56,614 nt of DNA, from positions 1 through 56,614 of IMG/VR virus record IMGVR_UViG_3300005537_000031, one strand, 5' to 3'. A program made the position numbers and the translations under genes. Positions 44,936-52,434 of this stretch are shown piece by piece. The DNA is from a virus (taxonomy: Duplodnaviria; Caudoviricetes). A model generated the notes under the pieces. It searched no databases. It had not been told where the DNA came from and saw only the letters and a list, made by a program, of their open reading frames with translations. The stretch's first letter is position 1. Each line of letters begins with the position of its first letter.

Positions 44936-47904
44936 AGGGAACAGGTGCTAACGGAGTTCTTCTTGTTGGGGAAGCCTCTGGGGAACATGAACAGAGGGAT
45001 CAACTCCCCTTTAGAAATTATGCTCCTGCTGGCGCTGTGCTCGAGCGTTGCCTGCGCCGTATGGGTCTCGACAGAAAACAATTCGCTATTACAAACTGCA
45101 TCCGTTGTCGCCCACGCAAGAACTGGCTGGAAGGCGCGCCGTGGGAATACTCCGCACTCCGCCAGTGCAGGCCGAACCTCGACGCCGCAATAGCCATGTA
45201 TAAGCCTCGGTGTATTATCGCGCTTGGTGGCGTGGCGCTGCGAGAGCTGACAGGGGAGGCGGGAGAGGCTAGGGGAGTCACGCATCTTGCGGGCTATGTT
45301 CTGCCTCTCGCCAGCGGAACCAGGCATAACTACATCTGTGGGATGTGTGAAGGTAAGAATAAACAATGCGACAACTGCATGGGAACAGGATGGGTATCTA
45401 GGTCAGCTACGACAGGGCAGATTCCCGTGCTGGCCGATTTCCATCCCTCCTATCTCCGCCGGGGCAAGGCCTCGCACCAGGGAGTGTTCAGCCGAATCAT
45501 CCAGCGGTCGCTGGCCATCGCTAGTGGTCGTGATCGTAACTTCATGTGGGGAGTTGATCCAGATGATTCGGCCACGTGGAACACCCCTGACGGTGGGCGA
45601 CTACAATACTGGACGCATCCCACGACCGATCAGGCGAGATCCGTGTTGCGATACCTCGAAGACAATCCCAATCTCCCGGTGGCGAAGGATATAGAAACCA
45701 GCGAATCGTCATCGCTGGACGAGGACGCGCGGGAGGGATTCAGCGACACGGAAGTGAGACTCTTCCAGCTGAGCTATCAGCCCGGGACCGGGATCGCGAT
45801 TCCCTACACGGGGGAGTTCAAAGACATCGTGAGACGAATGCTGCATCTCAGGAACCCGTTCTACGGTCATAACTGGGACAATTTCGATCATAAGGTGTTG
45901 CGCGCAGCTGCAGCGCGGGAGGGATGGGTTTATGCACCGTCGGTTAGAGTCTTTGACACACTTGATATGTTTCATCACTGGCAGCCTGATCTCCCAGCGC
46001 ATCTGCAATTTGCTTCCAGCTTCGTCAATTTTCCATTTCCGTGGAAGCACCTCTCAGGTACTAATATTGAGTTCTACGGTATATGTGATGTGGATGCTGG
46101 TCTTCGGCTCGGACAGTTCCTCGAAGCCACGCTGAAGAAGGACAATCTTTGGGGTTCGGGAAATGAATATTCCCTGACCACTGGCTACACCGGACAGGAG
46201 CGTGAGGTGAGGCCGGTGCTCGCAGCGATGGAAGATCGCGGGGTGCCGATTGACGACGCTGCGAGGATCAAGCTGGGAGCGGAGTTCGAGGCTGCGCAGC
46301 GGGAGCTAGGCGAGGAGTTGGCCAAGCGTGCTCCGGTGGAGTGTCAGAGGGTGCATCCGAAGGAGGGGTATAAGACTATTCCTCCCGAAGTCAGGCAATG
46401 GCAAAAGACTCAAGTGGAAATTATCATAGATAACGAGCTGCCTCTACATCGCTACATGGAAGCTGGGGAAGATGGAGAGTCATATACATACGCCATAAGG
46501 GAGTTTTATGTTGCTGGGTTGGATGAGTCTGGAAATCCCACTATAAATAAAGTCCGTCGCATTTGCCGCGTGTATGATTTTAACCCGAACTCGGCGCCGC
46601 AGCTGATAGCCTACATGAAGTCGAAGGGACACAAAGTCCCCAAGTCCAAGATCGAGGACGAGGAAGGCAACCAGAAAGACACCACCGCAGCCAAGGAACT
46701 CCAACGCCTGGCAGTGAAGACCGGCGATGACTTCTACCTGAAGGTGATCGAGTACCGCGGGCTTACGAAACTTCGCGGAACCTACGTGGATGGCTTCCGT
46801 CCCGGGAGTGATGGCCGGGTGCATACGACGTTCACGTTTCAGACGGCGATTGCGCAGCTCAGTGCGCGCAACCCAAACACGACGAACTTCCCGAAGCTCA
46901 AGCCCACGCCCAAGTTAGCCAAGGCTCTCCGTAGCATCGTGTGCGCGGATCCGGGTCATGTTCTCGCCGAGGTGGATTTTAAGTCCTGTCACGTCATCAC
47001 ACTGGGCCTGCTCGCGGGAGACGCTAACTACACTCGTCTCGGCAGACTGGACATTCACTCAGCAGTTGCTGGCCACTTCCTAGGACTATGGAACGTCAAG
47101 GAAATACTGAAGGAATCGGACGCAGAGTTGATGGCACGGTTTAAATGGTTGAAGTCCGATCCCGAGCGCAAGCGTGTTCGCGATGATCAGGCCAAGCACG
47201 GCATTCTCGGGATAGGTAACGGACTTCGCTCCAAGGGACTATTCGAGCGGTATATGGAGAACTTTCCAGCGCGCCAGTGTCCTCAGTGTGGAGGTAGTGG
47301 CAAGGTTTCTGGCCTGCGCGGGCTGAAACACTGTCCTGAGTGTAAAGCGACTGGCAGACAACCGGGGCAGCGCGTTGCAGACTTGGTATTGGAAACCTGT
47401 GAGGACATATTCGATAAGATATTTATATATCAGGAACTCCAACGCAAAGAGGCACATGAGACACAACGCCTGCGCACACCCTTCGGCCATCAGCGGAGGT
47501 TCTACGAGGTATATCGCTGGGACGGCAGGAAGGGAATCTGGAGTCACGGAGACCAAGCTGAGGAAGCCGTGGCCTATCGCCTCGCGAACACGGCCCATGC
47601 GCACATGCGTGAGGTAATGAAGGAACTATCGAGACTCGGGCTGGATGAGAAGTACGGACTTTTCAATATGGTTCATGATTCACTAATGTGGTCCTTCCCA
47701 GAACCGTTGCTGAAATCCTTCGCCAGAGAAGTATATCCCGTGATGACCGCCGAGTCCAAGGTGATGCCGGGGCTATGGCTGGGCGTAGAGGGATCATGGG
47801 GCAGACGTTGGTCGGAGATGAAGGATCTAGAGGTGCCTGTGGAGTTGACACCGCGGACTACAATAGCGGCAGCTACTCAGAACATGGAGGCATCCGCTGT
47901 ATGA
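44860..47904 (+). CDS. Family-4-like uracil-DNA glycosylase / 3'-5' exonuclease / family A DNA polymerase fusion with an atypical active site
   Basis: UDG: GEASG..E..PF, TN..RCRP, HPS. Exo: DIE, HN..FD, Y...D. Pol: GRVHT, DIH, VHDS. Confidence 0.88.
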   Translation: MPVRCKPSSCVGCQLHSHGTDFSAIEGTGANGVLLVGEASGEHEQRDQLPFRNYAPAGAVLERCLRRMGLDRKQFAITNCIRCRPRKNWLEGAPWEYSALRQCRPNLDAAIAMYKPRCIIALGGVALRELTGEAGEARGVTHLAGYVLPLASGTRHNYICGMCEGKNKQCDNCMGTGWVSRSATTGQIPVLADFHPSYLRRGKASHQGVFSRIIQRSLAIASGRDRNFMWGVDPDDSATWNTPDGGRLQYWTHPTTDQARSVLRYLEDNPNLPVAKDIETSESSSLDEDAREGFSDTEVRLFQLSYQPGTGIAIPYTGEFKDIVRRMLHLRNPFYGHNWDNFDHKVLRAAAAREGWVYAPSVRVFDTLDMFHHWQPDLPAHLQFASSFVNFPFPWKHLSGTNIEFYGICDVDAGLRLGQFLEATLKKDNLWGSGNEYSLTTGYTGQEREVRPVLAAMEDRGVPIDDAARIKLGAEFEAAQRELGEELAKRAPVECQRVHPKEGYKTIPPEVRQWQKTQVEIIIDNELPLHRYMEAGEDGESYTYAIREFYVAGLDESGNPTINKVRRICRVYDFNPNSAPQLIAYMKSKGHKVPKSKIEDEEGNQKDTTAAKELQRLAVKTGDDFYLKVIEYRGLTKLRGTYVDGFRPGSDGRVHTTFTFQTAIAQLSARNPNTTNFPKLKPTPKLAKALRSIVCADPGHVLAEVDFKSCHVITLGLLAGDANYTRLGRLDIHSAVAGHFLGLWNVKEILKESDAELMARFKWLKSDPERKRVRDDQAKHGILGIGNGLRSKGLFERYMENFPARQCPQCGGSGKVSGLRGLKHCPECKATGRQPGQRVADLVLETCEDIFDKIFIYQELQRKEAHETQRLRTPFGHQRRFYEVYRWDGRKGIWSHGDQAEEAVAYRLANTAHAHMREVMKELSRLGLDEKYGLFNMVHDSLMWSFPEPLLKSFAREVYPVMTAESKVMPGLWLGVEGSWGRRWSEMKDLEVPVELTPRTTIAAATQNMEASAV

Positions 47905-48056
47905 CTAAGTACGAGTCTCAGCAGGTGCAATACGTGGTGGCTGATCTTGAGGCGTTGCGGGAGTTCAATCCTCCCCTCGACCTGCACAAGCCGAAGCTGG
48001 ATCGTGCGATAGACAGGTTGGCACGGATGTTGAAAGCGAAGGAGAAAACTGCATGA
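47901..48056 (+). CDS. Small hypothetical protein
   Basis: MTKYESQ; ATGA overlaps at both ends. Confidence 0.5.
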   Translation: MTKYESQQVQYVVADLEALREFNPPLDLHKPKLDRAIDRLARMLKAKEKTA

Positions 48057-48508
48057 TAGACACCAAGGTATTTCTAACCAAGTGTAAACAGGCCGCGATG
48101 AACCTGGGACTGAGCTGGCCGGGGTACGTCGCTGCCGAGGCCGCGCTGGAGTCGCGCTATGGGCAGTCCGGGCTGGCTCTCCAAGCCAACAATCTCTTCG
48201 GCATGAAGGCGCATCATTCCACGCCGCCGGATCAGACGCTGGCACTGCCCACGAAGGAGTTTGTCAACGGGCAGTGGATCGCGACCACCGCTAGCTGGAT
48301 GAAGTATCCGGATTGGGAAGCATGCCTGCGCGATCGTCAGGCAACTCTGGTGCGACTGGGTTACGAGTATCCAGCTTATCAGGCCGCTCTCGCAGCCAGC
48401 GATGGCGAGACATTCATCCGCGAAGTGTCACAAACTTGGAGCACCGACCCCCACCGTGCAGATAAGGTTCTGGAGATTTACAACGACAATCAGGACGTGC
48501 TGGCATGA
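48053..48508 (+). CDS. Endolysin, GH73 glucosaminidase/FlgJ-like
   Basis: AEAALESRYG, NNLFGMKA, TKEF, WSTDP. Confidence 0.85.
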   Translation: MIDTKVFLTKCKQAAMNLGLSWPGYVAAEAALESRYGQSGLALQANNLFGMKAHHSTPPDQTLALPTKEFVNGQWIATTASWMKYPDWEACLRDRQATLVRLGYEYPAYQAALAASDGETFIREVSQTWSTDPHRADKVLEIYNDNQDVLA

Positions 48509-48873
48509 ACAACTTCATAGATCAACAACTCCCCATCGGCCTCGTGCTCGTGTTCGTCCAGAATTGGTTAAAAGGCCAGTCCTGGTTCCCCTGGCTGAAC
48601 TACCAATCCACCAAGGCCAACCACGCCTTCGCCATCATCACCACCGGCCTCGCCACCTTCGGCATTCACATCTCCCACACCGGGACCTTCGTCAGCGGAG
48701 GCTCCGTCCTGCTGACCTTCCCCGCCGGGACAGTGATCCTCGCGGGACTATGGCATTGGATACAGCAATACGCCGTGACCAAGGGAGTGTACACGGGATT
48801 GCAATCGCAGTTGAATCCACCCACGGCGCAACAACCGGCGGCGGTGGTTGAGACTAAGGATTTGAAAAAATGA
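48505..48873 (+). CDS. Putative holin
   Basis: Two to three hydrophobic segments; directly after the lysin. Confidence 0.5.
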   Translation: MNNFIDQQLPIGLVLVFVQNWLKGQSWFPWLNYQSTKANHAFAIITTGLATFGIHISHTGTFVSGGSVLLTFPAGTVILAGLWHWIQQYAVTKGVYTGLQSQLNPPTAQQPAAVVETKDLKK

Positions 48874-49328
48874 AAATCTGGTCAACTCCGCAGGATGTGT
48901 TCGACAAGTTGGACGATGAGTTCCACTTCGACATCGACGTGTGTGCGGACGACAACAATGCCAAGTGCCAGATGTATTACTCTCGCCAGCGAGGCCTCAT
49001 CGAAGACTGGGGCGGCGTGTGCTTCCTGAATCCGCCATACGGCAAAGAAATATCGCAATGGCTGAAGAAGGCCCTTGAAGTCGCGGCGAATCGAGATGCT
49101 ACTGTAGTCTGCCTACTACCTGTTCGATCTAATCCTCCGTGGTGGCATAACTATGTAATGAAGGCCACGGAGATCCGCTTCGTGCGAAAGAAATTATCCT
49201 TCACTGGCGGTATGGGAGTCCCGTTCTGGGGGAATGCCATTGTAGTTTTCAGAAAAGGCTCAGTCGGTCAATCCCCAGCGGTATCCAGCTGGGATCAGCC
49301 AAGACACATAAAGGAGAACAACGCATGA
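48870..49328 (+). CDS. Phage DNA N6-adenine methyltransferase
   Basis: WSTPQ..FDIDVCA..NAKC..FLNPPY. Confidence 0.85.
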   Translation: MKIWSTPQDVFDKLDDEFHFDIDVCADDNNAKCQMYYSRQRGLIEDWGGVCFLNPPYGKEISQWLKKALEVAANRDATVVCLLPVRSNPPWWHNYVMKATEIRFVRKKLSFTGGMGVPFWGNAIVVFRKGSVGQSPAVSSWDQPRHIKENNA

Positions 49329-49903
49329 TTCAACGCAAGCACATACTCACCCTGATGCTGCTGCTGACCGGACTCGCCGGAGTCATTAGCAGCGACGGAT
49401 GCAAGACCGCCAAGCCTAACCAGCCACCGCTGGTCGATCAGGTCATCACCGGGCTGAACATCGCCCAGGACGTGGCCAACCAGCTAGGGCCAATCGTCCA
49501 GCCGCTGAATCCGGAGGTAGCTACCACCATCGGCAAGGTGTCCACCGATCTCGGAGTGATCGTGAAGACTTACACGATTTACGATTCCGCCGCAGGGCAG
49601 ACGACGACGAACATTGATCTGCTACGCGCCACGGCGGGATCGATACAAACCAATCTCTCCGATATCCTCGCGGCGATTGGGGTGAAGAACCCGACGCTGG
49701 TCACCACCGTCCGCGTGGCCGTGCTGGTGGTGAACACAGCGATCACGGCGGTGATTGATCGATTGCCTCCGCCGACTACTCCAGCGGCGCAAGCGGCCCA
49801 TATCTCGCAGCTGGGAGTGCTACCGAGTGCAGGCGCTGCGGATTTGAAGAAAGCATGGAACGATGAAGTCAGTGGGAAGTATCCGAAGGCAGTAGTGAAG
49901 TAG
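49325..49903 (+). CDS. Putative lipoprotein/membrane-anchored lysis accessory
   Basis: Signal-like N-terminus followed by ..DGC. Confidence 0.45.
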   Translation: MIQRKHILTLMLLLTGLAGVISSDGCKTAKPNQPPLVDQVITGLNIAQDVANQLGPIVQPLNPEVATTIGKVSTDLGVIVKTYTIYDSAAGQTTTNIDLLRATAGSIQTNLSDILAAIGVKNPTLVTTVRVAVLVVNTAITAVIDRLPPPTTPAAQAAHISQLGVLPSAGAADLKKAWNDEVSGKYPKAVVK

Positions 49904-49928
49904 GCAGGGAAGGCGGGTAAAATAAATC

Positions 49929-49952
49929 AGGGGCCAGTGGATGGCCCCTTTT
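49929..49952 (+). terminator. Intrinsic terminator at the convergence of the two arms (possibly bidirectional)
   Basis: AGGGGCCA-GTGGA-TGGCCCCT then TTT; A-rich on the left side. Confidence 0.7.
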
Positions 49953-49959
49953 CAAATGT

Positions 49960-50088
49960 TTATTTCTTCTCCGGCGCCTTCCCAGGCTCAGTCGGCGGGG
50001 GGTTAGGCGTGGTGGGCGTTGTTGGTGTGCCGTGAGGCGGTTCCGGATCACCCGGTTTCCAGCCCGGCGGCTTGCTTCCATTTGACAT
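49960..50088 (-). CDS. 42-aa Pro-rich peptide
   Basis: MSNGSKPPGWKPGDPEPP...APEKK; AGGAGG RBS. Confidence 0.5.
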   Translation of the reverse strand: MSNGSKPPGWKPGDPEPPHGTPTTPTTPNPPPTEPGKAPEKK

Positions 50089-50092
50089 GGTT

Positions 50093-50608
50093 CTATCCTC
50101 CTGTGTAAACGATTCCCAATGGTTTGGGTGCTACATTCCAGCAGTCCACCGGATAATGTTCCACCGTGGCCGCTATGAACTCCACATGATATCCGTCGTG
50201 CAGGTCGGGTACGTATTTATCGCAAAATGTCTTGGGGAATGTCTGTCCTACTGGCCCGGACGCGCGCTGGAAATAGAACGTATTAGCAGCCACGATCTTG
50301 GGACGGCCGTTCTCGACCACCGTGTCACCTGGCTCCGCGACCACGTTCAGGTCCCACACCACGAACGTGTGATGATACTGCCAGAGATCAATCGTCGCCA
50401 TCCCCAGCACCAGCCCCAGAGCTACTTTTGCCATGTTCGTCAGCGTGGTGCGCGCAGCTTGCTTGAACCGGACGCTGGACGTGACGGTGGGAATGATGCT
50501 GCCGTTCTCTCTCTGCCTTCTCCAGACGACGCTTACGAGCCAGCCACAGCCCCACAGCCCAAGGCAGAGCATTGATAAGCGCAACCAGAAGTGTAGTGAA
50601 ATCAACAT
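50093..50608 (-). CDS. Membrane protein
   Basis: Two hydrophobic segments. Confidence 0.5.
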   Translation of the reverse strand: MLISLHFWLRLSMLCLGLWGCGWLVSVVWRRQRENGSIIPTVTSSVRFKQAARTTLTNMAKVALGLVLGMATIDLWQYHHTFVVWDLNVVAEPGDTVVENGRPKIVAANTFYFQRASGPVGQTFPKTFCDKYVPDLHDGYHVEFIAATVEHYPVDCWNVAPKPLGIVYTGG

Positions 50609-50677
50609 GAGTCATCGCCTTTCCTTCCCGCTACCTGAGTTCCTTCTCCCGAGTTACCCACTGCGCGGGTCACTTTG

Positions 50678-51067
50678 CTACTTCCTAAGAAATGTGAATA
50701 TACTTATGAGCACTAATATAAATCCCGCCGCTGCCACCAGGATTCCCCAGCCCTGCTTGAGTCCCTGTCCGGTTCCTTCATTCTTGGTAACTCGGTTTTC
50801 CAGTGTTCCTATACGGTCGATGAGGGCTTGGTGCGCCGATGTGTACTCCGTGCGCGGCAGGAACTTAACCTCCCGGTCGTCCATCGCCTGTCGCCACTCG
50901 TTGGCACTGTCCCTCCACTTCTCGGAGTTGTACTCTGCCTTGTTGACCGCCGTTTCTGCGGATTCTAAGGCTGTGGATACCGCTTCCTTCTGCCCATTTA
51001 TCAAGGCTGTGAAGTGGATGTACAGTGTCTCCAGAGTCCACCCGGTAGTGCTCTTGGGCTCCGGCAT
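50678..51067 (-). CDS. Coiled-coil protein with a C-terminal TM helix (holin/XhlA-like)
   Basis: Coiled coil, then GWGILVAAAGFILVLISIF. Confidence 0.55.
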   Translation of the reverse strand: MPEPKSTTGWTLETLYIHFTALINGQKEAVSTALESAETAVNKAEYNSEKWRDSANEWRQAMDDREVKFLPRTEYTSAHQALIDRIGTLENRVTKNEGTGQGLKQGWGILVAAAGFILVLISIFTFLRK

Positions 51068-51070
51068 TCG

Positions 51071-51862
51071 CTATCCGAACGTAACCGTCAGATTGTCAAT
51101 CGTCGCCTTGTACGGCTTCGCATCCGGTGTAGCGTCCAGCTGATACGCCGCGTTGCAGTACGGCGAGTTCGTCTGGCTCTGACTCACGGGATGGCTGAAC
51201 GTCACAGGAGTCGCTACGCCATCCACGATTACCTCGGTGAACCGCACCGTCTTGTCATCGCAGGTCGCGTCCACCTCCAGGTGGATCGACTTCCCGGCGG
51301 TGACCTTCGCCGTCACTCCGAGGGGCACCCACACCTTCTTCACGTAATCGAACCCCCGGATGATCCATCCCCCCGCGACCGGCAGGAGTTGCGGACCGAC
51401 GTTGATGACCACTCCGGAGGATTTGCGAATCTGATAATCCAGCTCCACCGCCTGCACGGACGTGAGCGGATCCATCGCGTAGTCGCAGGAAATGGAAAAC
51501 TTGCTGGCGGTTTCCATGATCGATTTCTGATCTGCGGTCAGCGTGGGATACAGCCTCCGCAGGTTATAGCAGTTGTCAGACTCGCCGCCAGCGAGCTTCG
51601 CTGGCTTGAAGTCAGCGGTGGCTGGTGATCCCGGCACGATGGCCACCGTCCCATGCGGGCCTGTCTTCGGCGCGCCAGGGGAGCGAGCCTCGTACCAGAG
51701 TGTTTCCGGCGCGACCGATTGAATGCTGGATAGCGTGACCGACTTCGGCGCGGTGAGGTCGGCGAGCTCCTGCTTGAGCTGCGCGATCAGCTGGTCTTGC
51801 GCGTCGGAAATCGTGGACGCCGCCGTCGCGTCGTCAATGATCTTCTGATATTCCGGTTTCAT
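51071..51862 (-). CDS. Coiled coil plus concanavalin-like beta-sandwich protein
   Basis: AAGGAG before MKPEY; beta-rich, with QAVELD. Confidence 0.45.
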   Translation of the reverse strand: MKPEYQKIIDDATAASTISDAQDQLIAQLKQELADLTAPKSVTLSSIQSVAPETLWYEARSPGAPKTGPHGTVAIVPGSPATADFKPAKLAGGESDNCYNLRRLYPTLTADQKSIMETASKFSISCDYAMDPLTSVQAVELDYQIRKSSGVVINVGPQLLPVAGGWIIRGFDYVKKVWVPLGVTAKVTAGKSIHLEVDATCDDKTVRFTEVIVDGVATPVTFSHPVSQSQTNSPYCNAAYQLDATPDAKPYKATIDNLTVTFG

Positions 51863-51980
51863 AAAATTCTCCTTCTGCCTGCGACCGTAGGGGACTTCCC
51901 CATAGCCATGACACAGCGGACACTTCCGCATCTTTTGAACATTCGACCTGGGCATGAGAGTTGCTGCATTATCTCACTCT

Positions 51981-52151
51981 TCACCCTTTGATGACGAATC
52001 CAAAGACGTGCCAGCCGAGGAGGAATATCAGTATCCCCAGCAGCAGGTGGCCGCCGAACGGACGCCAGTTGCCCGGAGCGGGTTGGTACATCCAGCCTCC
52101 AAAGAGAACCCACACGATGAAGAGAAACCAGAACAACATGCTTATTGGCAT
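51981..52151 (-). CDS. 56-aa two-TM membrane protein
   Basis: MPISMLFWFLFIVWVLFGG...LLLGILIFLLGWHVFG; GGAGG RBS. Confidence 0.6.
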   Translation of the reverse strand: MPISMLFWFLFIVWVLFGGWMYQPAPGNWRPFGGHLLLGILIFLLGWHVFGFVIKG

Positions 52152-52185
52152 AAAGCCTCCTTAGTTTTCGTCAATCGCTGCAGCA

Positions 52186-52431
52186 TCATGGGATGCACCG
52201 AATCTGCCAGCTGAGCGTGGCCGGTGTCAAGGCGATGATGGCGGTGATGCGGAGGGTCACGGTGTTGGCTGCGGATATCCATGCGATGTAGAGTGCCCCC
52301 GCTCCGAGGTCGCCATTCGGAGTGGCCACGCAGGCCATGCCTGGCTGTGCGCTAGTGACGGTGACTGCCTGAGTGGTGGAGGTTCCGAGGAGCATGGCCC
52401 CGGGGGACCACGATGGAAGAGTAGCATTCAT
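52186..52431 (-). CDS. Small beta-rich tail-associated protein
   Basis: VTVTSAQPGM...ISAANTVTLRI. Confidence 0.5.
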   Translation of the reverse strand: MNATLPSWSPGAMLLGTSTTQAVTVTSAQPGMACVATPNGDLGAGALYIAWISAANTVTLRITAIIALTPATLSWQIRCIP

Positions 52432-52434
52432 AGA

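Noticed and set aside
44860-47904. DpoZ / Z-base or uracil-genome system
   Set aside because: No PurZ, DatZ, MazZ or nucleotide-synthesis genes recognised, and an apparently intact UDG argues against a uracil genome
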